Shown here: piece by piece, positions 1 to 9,348 of the stretch
How the letters are laid out: each line of letters opens with the position of its first letter
How positions within the stretch are numbered: position 1 is the first letter of the stretch
Virus record (IMG/VR): IMGVR_UViG_3300032240_001991
Location: 62,001 to 126,000 of that record
Reading direction: 5' to 3' (one strand)
Length of the DNA: 64,000 bases
Notes under the pieces: model-generated
What the model was told of the DNA's origin: nothing
Database searches by the model: none
Seen by the model: the letters and a program-made list of their open reading frames with translations, nothing else
Made by a program: the position numbers and the translations under genes

Positions 1-140
1 ATGGGATGGATCAAGGGCAGGATATCAATGTTGGTATGCCCGTTGGCCGCTAGTACCTTGATACGAGTAATATCGTTAGCAAACCGAACTCGAATCTTAC
101 CGTTAAGGGTGCTGACACCCGCGTGTGTATAAGTCGTCAT
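1..140 (-). CDS. Conserved phage hypothetical protein, partial (runs off the window start)
   Basis: Manual translation from ATG at 140: MTTYTHAGVSTLNGKIRVRFANDITRIKVLAANGHTNIDILPLIHP; GAGAGG RBS upstream; no stop before the window edge. Confidence 0.6.
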   Translation of the reverse strand, partial: MTTYTHAGVSTLNGKIRVRFANDITRIKVLAANGHTNIDILPLIHP

Positions 141-193
141 ATGTAGCCTCTCTGTGTTGTGTTAGGACTGTCCTAACAGTTAATATATTACTA

Positions 194-412
194 TCATGCT
201 AGATCAAAGTCAACCACTAGTATCAACTCAGCTTCCCAAAGTCTAAGAGCAAAGGTGCTAGAGCCCACTCTAACGGCGAGGGGTCCGCCCCTCGCAGCGC
301 GAGCCAGTACTACCACACGCTCGCCCGCAACAAACCCCAAGTCAGCCCAACGACCACTAGGAGCAGAAGTAATTCTATAGGCACATCCCTGCACCGCTTC
401 CGCTAAGGTCAT
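194..412 (-). CDS. feoA: FeoA-like (SH3-fold) protein
   Basis: LGFVAGERVVVLARAARGGPLAVRVGSSTFALRLWEAELILV matches the FeoA pattern LG..G..V.V...A..GGP..V.V....ALR..EA..I.V. Confidence 0.7.
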   Translation of the reverse strand: MTLAEAVQGCAYRITSAPSGRWADLGFVAGERVVVLARAARGGPLAVRVGSSTFALRLWEAELILVVDFDLA

Positions 413-1572
413 GCGACTCGTAACAGTACTGTGTGCTCGTTAGTACGCGGTTTCATAGTGTGCTCCACGCCCTTGATCGCGTCAAACCACTTACGCAGTT
501 GATTCTTGCCCAGCTTCATAAACTCTGCCAGCTGAGTTTCGGGCTTACGCAGAGTCTTCTGTATGCAGCCTTTATTAGCAATGCCCACAAGACTGGTGCC
601 TTTAGCCATAATGCTCTTGTCAAATTCCCCACGATATACGCCCAGCTTGCGCCGCCGTACATCATAAACCCACACTTCTGAAGCACCCAAGACTTCTATG
701 GGCTTGATGCTGGTGATCTTGAGTTCCTTATGCTCCCCAAGATACTTGAGCTTGCGTACCAACTTAGCACGATCTACGGGTTTGGCCTTGCGTACACGAG
801 CCACTTTCTTTTCAATAGCCAAACGACCCGCACTGGCTTCACAGTCATCTAGAAACGCTATAGCAGCCTTAAGACTCTTGGCACTGACGAATCTGTAGCC
901 CTCTAAGAGCTGCTGTGTGCTGTTATCATGATCTCGGCTGGTACGAGCCTCCGCTAGTTCGCGAAGTTCCGCTGTAGACCCTGCTAGTGCTGCTGCCAGC
1001 TTCTTAAAGTGTATGGCACTAAAGCGAGCAAATCCTGTGATGTTAGCAGTCTTGCCTTCACGTACAACACCCCGTAGAATGCTGCCCACAATCTCTTCTA
1101 TTTCTATTACTGCTTGATTGACCTGCAGATCCATGCGTTCCTGCACCCCAATGCGCTCTGCAGGCTGCTGCTGTACAGCAGGAGTGTCTTCCGCTACTTC
1201 TACACGGCGTGCTGCAGACTCTGCTATACTAGACCATATGCGAGCCTGCTCAGAGTCTGTAATAGCAAAGCCTTTGACCTGCAGGCGTGCTAGATAGCTC
1301 ATGCTGGTGCTAAGATGTCGATCGCTAGCGCGTGCTAGGATCTTGAGATCTTGACCAGCAGATTCCCCACGATACAGCGTGATCCAGTCTTCAAAGAACC
1401 GTCGCGAGTCCTTGCTGTCACAGGCATAGTTATACCAGTTGAGTGCTCGTATCAAGAGCCCCATGCGTGTGGACTCTGTAACAGCAACACCTTCCCACTG
1501 AGGTTCATAGCCTCGCGTGTGTATAGTATCTGCTGATACCTTAAGATCGTAAGGTTTGAATGCTCGTGCCAT
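409..1572 (-). CDS. Conserved phage hypothetical protein (387 aa)
   Basis: Long ORF, 4-bp overlap with feoA, upstream promoter at 1636-1665; function not recognised. Confidence 0.8.
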   Translation of the reverse strand: MARAFKPYDLKVSADTIHTRGYEPQWEGVAVTESTRMGLLIRALNWYNYACDSKDSRRFFEDWITLYRGESAGQDLKILARASDRHLSTSMSYLARLQVKGFAITDSEQARIWSSIAESAARRVEVAEDTPAVQQQPAERIGVQERMDLQVNQAVIEIEEIVGSILRGVVREGKTANITGFARFSAIHFKKLAAALAGSTAELRELAEARTSRDHDNSTQQLLEGYRFVSAKSLKAAIAFLDDCEASAGRLAIEKKVARVRKAKPVDRAKLVRKLKYLGEHKELKITSIKPIEVLGASEVWVYDVRRRKLGVYRGEFDKSIMAKGTSLVGIANKGCIQKTLRKPETQLAEFMKLGKNQLRKWFDAIKGVEHTMKPRTNEHTVLLRVA

Positions 1573-1635
1573 AGTTAGTATACCTTGTTTAAAAACAGTC
1601 TAAAAAGACACCAAAAACTGTCTCTTTAGGCGGTT

Positions 1636-1665
1636 ATTTTACCACTATTTAGACCAAAAAGTCAA
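1636..1665 (-). promoter_or_regulatory. sigma70-type promoter with an overlapping TAAATA late element
   Basis: Minus strand TTGACT-18 nt-TAAAAT, with TAAATA inside the spacer. Confidence 0.55.
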
Positions 1666-1769
1666 GAAACTGAGCAAATTTTGGTAAAAAATAATTTGGT
1701 TGACAGTGGGGAAGAGAGGCATAGTTAAAATGGTGCCAACCAGTTTCCCCTCAAACCTCACCTCAAACC

Positions 1770-1952
1770 TCACCCCAAATCCGTTTTATAGCGAATGTGT
1801 ACAGCAAAGTCATAGGCTGCTTCAGGATCCAAACCTTTGGCTACAGCCCATCCCAGAGTCAAACTAAACCAATCTTGTTCGCTGTCTGGGTCAATTGCTA
1901 GTGCTCTATCGGAGCATTCGGTTTTGAACAGTTCGATCAATTGTTCGTTCAT
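1770..1952 (-). CDS. Hypothetical early protein
   Basis: ORF overlapping its upstream neighbour by 4 bp (ATGA-type coupling). Confidence 0.7.
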   Translation of the reverse strand: MNEQLIELFKTECSDRALAIDPDSEQDWFSLTLGWAVAKGLDPEAAYDFAVHIRYKTDLG

Positions 1953-2188
1953 TGGTTGCCCTCGGCCATGTCGTTAATAGCGGCCGCTGTTTGGATTCCC
2001 ATTCTGTAGCCTTCTCGAAAGGCCCGTTCTGCCACTGCTCTCACAGTGGCTCTAATGTTAATGACCAAGTCATAGCCCGGGTCGCCGGGCTCATGTGTTA
2101 GAGGATTGGCCAACTCTAACTCGTTAAGATAACTGTCAGTTAAGCCTTGGCCAACAGCCTCTAGATCATATCCAATTTTGATAGGCAT
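1949..2188 (-). CDS. Hypothetical early protein
   Basis: Directly downstream of promoter 2214-2242, with GCAAGGA RBS. Confidence 0.75.
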   Translation of the reverse strand: MPIKIGYDLEAVGQGLTDSYLNELELANPLTHEPGDPGYDLVINIRATVRAVAERAFREGYRMGIQTAAAINDMAEGNQ

Positions 2189-2213
2189 TTTCTAGTCCTT
2201 GCTGTGTCTGTGT

Positions 2214-2242
2214 ATTATAAACAGGTTTTACCGGTCTGTCAA
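2214..2242 (-). promoter_or_regulatory. Early promoter, perfect sigma70 consensus, with GGTAAAACC spacer box
   Basis: Minus strand TTGACA-gaccGGTAAAACCtgtt(17 nt)-TATAAT. Confidence 0.9.
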
Positions 2243-2245
2243 CCC

Positions 2246-2539
2246 TCAGTATGGACATCCGATCATGCCCGTGTTGTAGCGGTCCTGCATGATCTGATAG
2301 AATTCCTCAACTGCCGCTGTAGGGCTAATCTGGCGATGGCGCGGGCTGGCTAGGCGTCCTGCAGCCTTGGCGCGACCATAGGCCTTGTTGAAGTTGTCGT
2401 GGTAACTGCAACGAGCTACCGCATAATCGATACCGTCGGCCTTTTCAATAAAGGCCACAGTGGCCCCGCCACGGCTTTCAAGGCGGCCGTGAATGTCGCG
2501 CTCACGATAGTGAACATACTTGATCTTGGGCGTAGTCAT
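2246..2539 (-). CDS. Hypothetical early protein
   Basis: AAGGAG RBS and own promoter at 2577-2604. Confidence 0.75.
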   Translation of the reverse strand: MTTPKIKYVHYRERDIHGRLESRGGATVAFIEKADGIDYAVARCSYHDNFNKAYGRAKAAGRLASPRHRQISPTAAVEEFYQIMQDRYNTGMIGCPY

Positions 2540-2646
2540 TGGTCGATCTCCTTACTGTGTGTCTCTGTCTGCTGCTATTATAGCAGGTTTTACCTAACTG
2601 TCAAGAGCTAGGTAGTTTTTTTACGAGAACTACCAAACTCAAACCC

Positions 2647-3594
2647 TTACTTGGTGTTCAGGAAGGGAATCGGAGCACCTGCGTAGATATTCTGCGGCAG
2701 TTGACCGTTCCACGTCTTGGCCTTCTGCATCTCGACCTCAATGCGACGCAGTTCCAGCACATCCTTGTTCTGGGCCAGTGCAGCGTTCTGCACACGGAGT
2801 GCTTCAGCCTGGGCCTTGGCCACAGTCAAGTTAGCATAGGCCTCACCATCAGCAGTGGCCTTGGCCGCAGCAGCCTCGGCTTCTGCGATAGCGACCTTCT
2901 GCTTCTGCTCAGCCTCAACGGTCTTGAGCTTGTTCTCAGCAGCCAGGCGCAACTGCTCCTGCTCAACCTTGCTGTTGATGGCTCGCATATAACTATCCTG
3001 GAAGGCAAAGTTACGCATATCGATATTGATCACCTGGGCCCCATAGATAGCCAACTTGGCCTGCAGCGTGCTCTTAATGTCAGCAGACACCTGAGCTCGT
3101 TGTGCAATCAAGTCGGGGGCGGTATACTTGGCAGTCACAGCCTTAAACGCTTCCTGCGTGGCAGTCTGAACGTAACTGCTCAAGTCGCCATTGTGGCTGT
3201 ACTTCTCGTAGACTTCAGCAACCTTGTCAGTGGCAATGCTGTAGCGTACAGTAAGGTCAACGTGTACGGGCTGCTGATCGCTGGTGCTACCATCGGCCTT
3301 GTCAATAGAAGCAGTCTCAGCACGAATGCTGAAAATGTTCAACTTCTGCCAGGGCGGAAGGATTGCCAGGCCCTCAGCCTCAATGCCCACGATCTTACCA
3401 AACTGGGTAATGACGCCGCGGCTACCGGTGGGTACCGAAGCAAATGGGTTGGCCCATGCCAAAACCAGCACGCCAGCCACCGCTGCGGCCACATGGGTAA
3501 CGATCTTAGGTACGTTGACGTTGACGTCAGTGACTTCTTCGCCCATGCGATTGGTACGAGTGTTCTTAGTGAAATAACTGTCTGAAAATGACAT
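2647..3594 (-). CDS. SPFH/band-7/prohibitin family membrane protein
   Basis: N-terminal TM helix, VPTGSRGVITQFG, D..V..DLTVRY, coiled-coil AEAEA region, C-terminal W.G.LP. Confidence 0.9.
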   Translation of the reverse strand: MSFSDSYFTKNTRTNRMGEEVTDVNVNVPKIVTHVAAAVAGVLVLAWANPFASVPTGSRGVITQFGKIVGIEAEGLAILPPWQKLNIFSIRAETASIDKADGSTSDQQPVHVDLTVRYSIATDKVAEVYEKYSHNGDLSSYVQTATQEAFKAVTAKYTAPDLIAQRAQVSADIKSTLQAKLAIYGAQVINIDMRNFAFQDSYMRAINSKVEQEQLRLAAENKLKTVEAEQKQKVAIAEAEAAAAKATADGEAYANLTVAKAQAEALRVQNAALAQNKDVLELRRIEVEMQKAKTWNGQLPQNIYAGAPIPFLNTK

Positions 3595-3606
3595 GATATC
3601 GACCTC

Positions 3607-3852
3607 TTACTGGTAAAGTTCGTTGAAACGACGCAGGTCCACCGACAGTTTGTCAGTGGGCAAGTGCTCAGTGACTTCAAATACTTCACTGGTGCTTGCG
3701 GTAGTAATCACTGCAGGAGTGACCTGTGCAGTCTGAGTGGGCTTAGAGTGAAAGAAATAGTAACCTAGCCCAAACACAGTCATGCCTAACAGGGCAATAC
3801 CTGCTACCTTATTAAACTTCTCAAAAGAATCTTCTTTGATCGTAAACTGCAT
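3607..3852 (-). CDS. Small single-TM membrane protein
   Basis: Hydrophobic VAGIALLGMTVFGLGYYFF; GAGGAG RBS; promoter 3882-3909. Confidence 0.75.
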   Translation of the reverse strand: MQFTIKEDSFEKFNKVAGIALLGMTVFGLGYYFFHSKPTQTAQVTPAVITTASTSEVFEVTEHLPTDKLSVDLRRFNELYQ

Positions 3853-3912
3853 ATTGTCTGCTCCTCTGTCTTTGTCTGTGTAGTATAGCAGGTTTTACCA
3901 AAAAGTCAACCT

Positions 3913-4107
3913 TTAGGCCTTATCGAGTACACGAACAACGAGTTCCGTGCTCTTTACAGATTTAACCCGTTCCCATTTCTCTAGGATGTCATTTTTAGAA
4001 AAAGAACACTTCTTCTTGCGCCACTCTAGAAACTCTCGTGCCTCAATCCAGTAGACCGTTGAATCATCAACAGGGTCATACTCTTCAACCAATCGAAACT
4101 TAGCCAT
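3913..4107 (-). CDS. Hypothetical early protein
   Basis: GCAAGGAG leader; promoter 4137-4165. Confidence 0.75.
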   Translation of the reverse strand: MAKFRLVEEYDPVDDSTVYWIEAREFLEWRKKKCSFSKNDILEKWERVKSVKSTELVVRVLDKA

Positions 4108-4161
4108 TTCTCTTGCTCCTTGCTGTGTGTGCGGGTATTATACTAAGGTTTCACCAAAAAG

Positions 4162-4605
4162 TCAAGCCAATTCTTTCTTTGCCGCCCGCTTGCGAGGCAC
4201 GCCCTTCTTAGTGTAACGAACCATTCGAGCGTAACGATGCTGCCCCATCAAGATCTGGATACGACCTTCGAACCCGTCCTTAATAGGAACGTTCCCAGTT
4301 TCAATTTTGAAGTTGTTCTTGTCAAACCACTGAAGCCACTCGTAAAGTTCGGCTTCGGCTTCCTCACCGCGGCTCAATACTGCCACGCAGGGATGCTTAT
4401 GGTAGGCGTTCTCCGGACACCAAATGGCGCCATTCTTATCTGCTCGTTCGTAGTCCTCGTCGTACCATGCATAGTCTGGATAATTACCATCAACTACAAT
4501 TCCCACACAATGCCGTCCGATGCCTACTTCACCTTCAAGAGCCAGTTGACAGTTATTCTTAGCGGCCCACACTGCCATCCAGGTGATCTTCTCTTCATGC
4601 TTCAT
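4162..4605 (-). CDS. Hypothetical early protein (start refined to MKHEEK)
   Basis: AAGGAG RBS before ATG 4605; its stop TGA lies inside the next -35 element. Confidence 0.7.
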   Translation of the reverse strand: MKHEEKITWMAVWAAKNNCQLALEGEVGIGRHCVGIVVDGNYPDYAWYDEDYERADKNGAIWCPENAYHKHPCVAVLSRGEEAEAELYEWLQWFDKNNFKIETGNVPIKDGFEGRIQILMGQHRYARMVRYTKKGVPRKRAAKKELA

Positions 4606-4663
4606 TTTTCGCTCCTTTACACACTTGGGTTTTTCACACCAAGGGTGACGACTGTGAATATCG

Positions 4664-4867
4664 TTATTTCCCATGGGCTAATGACTCTTGAATTTCATTA
4701 ACCCAGCAACTGATGTCGCTGCTGCCGATCTCTTCAAAATCGTAGAGATAAGCGGCCTTTTCGTCGATAGCGTCTAAAAGACGACTGCCATACTCAACTA
4801 GGAGATCTATATGCTGGGTGCGTATACGATAGATGATGCAATCTTTAACTGCTTGACTGCTGCTCAC
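4664..4867 (-). CDS. Hypothetical early protein
   Basis: GCAAGGAG leader; promoter 4897-4926. Confidence 0.7.
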   Translation of the reverse strand: MSSSQAVKDCIIYRIRTQHIDLLVEYGSRLLDAIDEKAAYLYDFEEIGSSDISCWVNEIQESLAHGK

Positions 4868-4922
4868 GGTCTACTCCTTGCTGTGTGTATGAGGCTATTA
4901 TACTATGGTTTTACCAGTACTG

Positions 4923-5513
4923 TCAACCACTATGAGTCTTGAGAACGTCAATCAGGCTCTTGCTTAGGTCCCAGTGGCCCTTCAAAACCGCTTCGCAGGC
5001 CAGCTGGGAGATTCGATCCAGGAATTCCGTTTCTGAGGTGTGCTCTTGCACCAGCACACCCAGTCCCTTGAGTCGAGCCACCAGCTCAGGGTACCCCTCA
5101 GGGTGTTTGACGTAGCAGCCTTGCACATCGTCGTAGGCACGAGGGTCCACCGGCAACTGCTGTGGGCCCTGACGCTCGCTCACCTCTTTGGCTTCACGGA
5201 GACCCAGGTTGGCCAGCTCTCGCAGGGCCTTGATTCCGCTGACCTTGCGATTGCCCCATTCGGTGGGCATGGTTACAGTCACTTTGCTAGGTATCATAAC
5301 AAATCCTTTCTGAGGGAGGCTTCTGCTCAAATTAATGGGCTGCTTCAGAGCGTTACGAGCAATGTCCCGTGCAGCAACCACATCCGCGCGGGCCCACTCG
5401 TTGATGTCCTCGGCATAGTAGATCTTGCGTTCAATCTCAGACAGACTGGTCCGCAGTCGCTGGATTTCGGCTTGCAACAGGTCTTGATCGCTCACGTCTA
5501 CTCCTGTAAACAA
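4923..5513 (-). CDS. Protein with a ribosomal L7/L12 C-terminal-domain-like motif (alternative start at 5297)
   Basis: KVSGIKALRELANLGLREAKEVSE resembles the bL12 CTD KI.VIK.VR..TGLGLKEAK..VE; second RBS GAAAGGA before ATG 5297. Confidence 0.6.
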   Translation of the reverse strand: MFTGVDVSDQDLLQAEIQRLRTSLSEIERKIYYAEDINEWARADVVAARDIARNALKQPINLSRSLPQKGFVMIPSKVTVTMPTEWGNRKVSGIKALRELANLGLREAKEVSERQGPQQLPVDPRAYDDVQGCYVKHPEGYPELVARLKGLGVLVQEHTSETEFLDRISQLACEAVLKGHWDLSKSLIDVLKTHSG

Positions 5514-5543
5514 TAGCCCAGGGTCACATAACCCTGGCGCTCT

Positions 5544-5726
5544 TTATTGTTCGTGTACTATAGCAGGTTTTACCACAGGCGTCAACTGATTTTTTGCCTT
5601 AGGGCCCTTGTACCCCGTGCCCTTCTGATAGATCAACCACACATGGTCAGAGCAGTAACTGCGGTTCTGATAGCCGGGGCGGCCACACTTGGCCTGCCCC
5701 TCATCACGCCATTCACACTTGGGCAC
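5544..5726 (-). CDS. Small Cys/His-containing hypothetical protein
   Basis: C-x10-C-x9-C-x2-H pattern; follows the ATPase gene directly. Confidence 0.6.
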   Translation of the reverse strand: MPKCEWRDEGQAKCGRPGYQNRSYCSDHVWLIYQKGTGYKGPKAKNQLTPVVKPAIVHEQ

Positions 5727-5727
5727 G

Positions 5728-6591
5728 TTACACCCCCTTCTTCATGCAGGTCGTCTTAGCCATACCCTTCCACGCAGCAGGGAAGCTCTTCTTGAGGTCT
5801 GCAATCTTGAGCACCATACGCAGGCTGAGCTCGCGCAGTTGAGTAGAGTTAGTAGCGATGTAATCCAAAATCTCTGCCTTCTCTGCTTCTTCAAACTCGT
5901 ATTTCTGCAACATCCCATCGCCTACAATCTGACGAATACGCAGGAGTTTTTCTCGGTCCGTATCCATCTGCAGGTCAATGTAGTGGCAGCGACTTTCAAG
6001 TGCCATCAAGTGACTACGCAGTTTCTTAGAACGTACATACTCAAATTTGATGTTGGTGATAAAGATCGCAGCACCACAGAACTCAAAGCGGTCTGGAATG
6101 CCTTCGCTACGCAAGAGTCGGCTGTCCAAGTTCCAGCTGATGTAGCGGCGCTCAGAACTGTCTAGCGCACCCTTAAGGATATTGAGGCTCAACTGGTCCA
6201 TGAGCACATCGTCGCAGTCGTCAAAGACCACTACGTTACCCTTATCAGCGAACCCAAACAGTTTAGCATAGAGACCCAGAGCACTCATAGCACCCTTGAC
6301 AATCTCATACTTAGGCTTACGCTGAGCCAAGGTATTGAACAGGTCGTCCTTCTGCAGAACAGCCTCAACACCAAAACTCTTGCCTACGCCGGGCGGCCCG
6401 CTGACAATCATAGCCCGCACATCCCCATGCTTGACAGCACGGGTCATGTCATCTAGAATCTGGAAACGAGAACGCAGGCGCTCAAGAATCTCATCGTCAG
6501 TTTCGGCCTGCACCTCTTGTGCGCGGCGTGCGATTGCTTCTTGGTCAAAGTCAATTACATTCTCAATCTTGGTAGTAGCGGTTCGAGCCAT
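5728..6591 (-). CDS. AAA+ family P-loop ATPase
   Basis: Walker A GPPGVGKS, Walker B VVVFDDCD, arginine-finger region ALESRC. Confidence 0.9.
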   Translation of the reverse strand: MARTATTKIENVIDFDQEAIARRAQEVQAETDDEILERLRSRFQILDDMTRAVKHGDVRAMIVSGPPGVGKSFGVEAVLQKDDLFNTLAQRKPKYEIVKGAMSALGLYAKLFGFADKGNVVVFDDCDDVLMDQLSLNILKGALDSSERRYISWNLDSRLLRSEGIPDRFEFCGAAIFITNIKFEYVRSKKLRSHLMALESRCHYIDLQMDTDREKLLRIRQIVGDGMLQKYEFEEAEKAEILDYIATNSTQLRELSLRMVLKIADLKKSFPAAWKGMAKTTCMKKGV

Positions 6592-6644
6592 TAGGTCACC
6601 TCTGTATATTTAAGACTGTATTATACTGAATTTTTGGTAAAAAG

Positions 6645-7004
6645 TCAATCCATGCGTGAGCCAACACTGGCATCAAGCCCCTGGCTTTTCAGTACCTTAG
6701 CGAACGCATCAGCATAGGCTTCTTTGAGCTCCATGCTCTGATTGCCCTCGTGAACCCAGTATTGCAGCCCCGGCTGGCTGTAACTCTTTTGGAATCCCTG
6801 CTCAGTCAAGCGGCGTCCTACCCGGCTGTTGCTACGGACCCCACGGATATTGACCCAAGCAAACCCACAAGGGCCTCCGGGTACCGTCCACCGATGCTGG
6901 CCGTCAGTGACCACCATGGGTTGAGGATTAGCAGCCTGAAGAGCAGCCATGCCCTGACGGTGCGCTTCTGCAAGAACTTCGTCGATATTCTGTTCAGTTA
7001 CCAT
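6645..7004 (-). CDS. Conserved phage hypothetical protein (start refined to MVTEQ)
   Basis: GCAAGGAG RBS before ATG 7004; promoter 7033-7061. Confidence 0.75.
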   Translation of the reverse strand: MVTEQNIDEVLAEAHRQGMAALQAANPQPMVVTDGQHRWTVPGGPCGFAWVNIRGVRSNSRVGRRLTEQGFQKSYSQPGLQYWVHEGNQSMELKEAYADAFAKVLKSQGLDASVGSRMD

Positions 7005-7047
7005 GTATATGCTCCTTGCTGTCAGTGTGCGTATACTAGCACAGGTT

Positions 7048-7359
7048 TTACCAGCCGTCAACCGGTCGCAGTCCGCTGATTACTCCTGCTTGGCTTAGTG
7101 TATCTTTTACACGGTTAAGGGCAGAACCACTATGGCCCCCAACGTGCCAGGCATAGAGACCCTTGGGAGTTTCGTCTTCCTTCCAATCGTAGATAGTGGC
7201 CACAGTACCATCTGCATACCGTAGTACCCACCCTACCGTAATCTTGTCCCCGCCCATAACATCCGGAGGACCAAATATCGCTACCAGTTGATCATAGGTA
7301 GCAGTAACGTATCCCACAAGGCTAGTGCCGGTGCCTTCGGCGTCTTTAGTAAACTTCAT
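7048..7359 (-). CDS. Conserved phage hypothetical protein
   Basis: GCAAGGAG RBS; promoter 7386-7414; ATIYDWK...W.VGG motif. Confidence 0.75.
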   Translation of the reverse strand: MKFTKDAEGTGTSLVGYVTATYDQLVAIFGPPDVMGGDKITVGWVLRYADGTVATIYDWKEDETPKGLYAWHVGGHSGSALNRVKDTLSQAGVISGLRPVDGW

Positions 7360-7410
7360 CTGGATCTCCTTGCTAGTGTTCGCGTACTATAGCACAGGTT
7401 TTACCAAAAG

Positions 7411-7623
7411 TCAAACTTCGTTGGCGTCTACATCCAGTTCTGTTTCGTCTTGGACATAGTCATAGGCCGAGGTCAATTCTTGATCAAAATCCCATTCACT
7501 TGTTTCTGCACAGTAGTGAATGATGTCTGCGATAAGATCTGCCGGACGAGTATAATTCTCGTTATTAAGGAACATCTGGGCCACTCGACCCACTGCCTGC
7601 TGGCGAAAAGTAAGATAGGTCAT
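7411..7623 (-). CDS. Hypothetical early protein
   Basis: GAGGAG RBS; acidic C-terminus. Confidence 0.7.
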   Translation of the reverse strand: MTYLTFRQQAVGRVAQMFLNNENYTRPADLIADIIHYCAETSEWDFDQELTSAYDYVQDETELDVDANEV

Positions 7624-7647
7624 TATCGCTCCTCAAGTCAAACGTAG

Positions 7648-7672
7648 GGGGGTGCAGTTGCCTACACCCCCC
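7648..7672 (-). terminator. GC-rich stem-loop, probable terminator
   Basis: GGGGGTG-cagttgccta-CACCCCC immediately after the stop at 7679. Confidence 0.5.
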
Positions 7673-7678
7673 AGTGGA

Positions 7679-7882
7679 TTAGCCCACCAGCGCGTTGTTA
7701 CGCACGGTGTTGCTAACGCGGCCGTACAGCCCATCGGCCGCCTTCTCCGAGATCTCCTTGCGGAGACCGCCCGACGCCGTTCCGTTGCCGCTCAACATAC
7801 GCGCCACAGCACGGATGCTGCGGAACTTGTAGGTCAGGCCCGAGTTCGGAAAGGTCACATCGATCGTTACATTGCGCTTCAT
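7679..7882 (-). CDS. Small basic hypothetical protein
   Basis: AAGGAGAG RBS; promoter 7926-7954. Confidence 0.7.
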   Translation of the reverse strand: MKRNVTIDVTFPNSGLTYKFRSIRAVARMLSGNGTASGGLRKEISEKAADGLYGRVSNTVRNNALVG

Positions 7883-7969
7883 TTCAACTCTCCTTAAGTT
7901 ACTAGCACCTTGCTAGTATGTCGTTACTATAACACCGTCTAATGACTGTGTCAACCTTTTTTTACCAAA

Positions 7970-8614
7970 TCAGTGAGCGTAGTAGCCCACGTTCTCAACA
8001 CTCTCATCCCAACAGGCACGGCACGAGCCGCACTCATTGTCCTGGAAACGGCTTGGGCAATCATACCCATGCGCTTCGCTGTTCTTGTGCACGGTGCTGG
8101 TGTGCGTCCACCCCTTGGGCGGCTCAGCATCAATCATCTGTGCACTCATACGAATTACAAGGTTCTTAGGCCGAGTATACTGCCTTAGGAACTCTCGCAC
8201 AATACCAAACTCACGGGTAGGCAACCAATGGTCGATCCAGGGCGTCAATTCAGCCACGCGAGCAATCATCATAAGATGCTTCACGCTCTGCAGGTCCCCA
8301 CTGTCGTGCCAGCGAAAGTATTCTTCATTCTGCATCAATTTGACCATTGCACTGACCCACGAGTCCTCTGTAAGAGTGTCGTGTAGGGCTTCTACGAGCG
8401 TCGTGTAGCGGCGATCGTGAGCGGCCACTGTGCTCTTCCAAGTGTAAGCACCTTTGAGTGCGTAGCACTTAAAGCAGACGCTGCCCTCAACCAATCGTAG
8501 TTTGCTGCCAGTATGACATTTCTTAGCACTGAAGCCAAAACTCTTGCCTGGCATCTTAGAAGGCTCACTCAATCCTCCTACGAACTCTCCTGCTGCTGCC
8601 TTGGTCTTGAACAT
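7970..8614 (-). CDS. Gp88-like protein (Cys-rich)
   Basis: C..GSKL....SVC..CYA, FRWHDSGD, WLPTRE, C-terminal C.SC.ACW; typical of the mycobacteriophage gp88 family. Confidence 0.75.
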   Translation of the reverse strand: MFKTKAAAGEFVGGLSEPSKMPGKSFGFSAKKCHTGSKLRLVEGSVCFKCYALKGAYTWKSTVAAHDRRYTTLVEALHDTLTEDSWVSAMVKLMQNEEYFRWHDSGDLQSVKHLMMIARVAELTPWIDHWLPTREFGIVREFLRQYTRPKNLVIRMSAQMIDAEPPKGWTHTSTVHKNSEAHGYDCPSRFQDNECGSCRACWDESVENVGYYAH

Positions 8615-8671
8615 TTCTGCTCCTTGCTAGTGTTCGTGTACTATAACACAGGTTTTACCAAAGGTCAACCA

Positions 8672-8857
8672 CTAACTATTCCAAGGAACGGTTCTCACGG
8701 TAACGCCGTCCCTGTCTGTTTCATAGAGGCCGGCTTCGTGTATGATGTATTGATCTTGAAAATGATCAAACTCTAGATCTGCACGATCCTTGGCCTCCTC
8801 TTCGGTACAGTCCGGAAGATCTACTTCTACTTGGATACGCATCATGTACTTAGGCAT
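8672..8857 (-). CDS. Hypothetical early protein
   Basis: Small acidic ORF in the early cassette. Confidence 0.6.
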   Translation of the reverse strand: MPKYMMRIQVEVDLPDCTEEEAKDRADLEFDHFQDQYIIHEAGLYETDRDGVTVRTVPWNS

Positions 8858-8941
8858 TAGAACCCCTCAGGAAGATAGCCCGTAAGCCGCTCTATCGCTT
8901 CAACTAACGAAAACCCCATCTCTTTACGCATATTATTCTCC

Positions 8942-9295
8942 TTAATCAGAACTGTCAACATCGTTGATCTGACCGCAATGAACACACTCATAGCGATTGT
9001 AGCAACGTCCAAGATTCATCGTCCGCACCCACTCATGCCCAGAGCACTTCGCAGCAATGGCCTCAGTCACATAGCCATGTCCGTAGCAGTGACTACACGC
9101 ACAGGTGAAGTGTCTGTAGCGATGCCGATTCTCTGGAGTGTCAGGTCTACCGTGTAGACTGTAGGAGTTGAGACTGAGATTCCAACCACCATACCCACGA
9201 CACTTTGGGCACTCTACGATGTAATCATACAGAGGTTCCTTGCGCGAGAAGTCCACGAAGGCATCTGGATGATCTGGCGTAAGAAAGTCTGACAT
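8942..9295 (-). CDS. Zn-finger protein with DnaJ-type CxxCxGxG repeats
   Basis: CPKCRGYGG and CSHCYGHG plus CVHCG; GCAAGGAG RBS; promoter 9325-9352. Confidence 0.75.
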   Translation of the reverse strand: MSDFLTPDHPDAFVDFSRKEPLYDYIVECPKCRGYGGWNLSLNSYSLHGRPDTPENRHRYRHFTCACSHCYGHGYVTEAIAAKCSGHEWVRTMNLGRCYNRYECVHCGQINDVDSSD

Positions 9296-9348
9296 ATGTT
9301 ACTCCTTGCTCTAACTATGCGACTATTATAGCAGGTTTTACCAAAAAG

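Noticed and set aside
1749-1772. 12-nt tandem duplication CCTCAAACCTCA x2
   Set aside because: Only two copies, next to a stop codon and a hairpin; most simply a local slippage event
2701-3585. 294-aa plus-strand ORF, and similar antisense ORFs over 4237, 5040, 5689, 19656, 48998 and 50854
   Set aside because: Shadow frames opposite recognisable genes; no RBS or promoter, and low-complexity translations that mirror the codon bias of the sense gene
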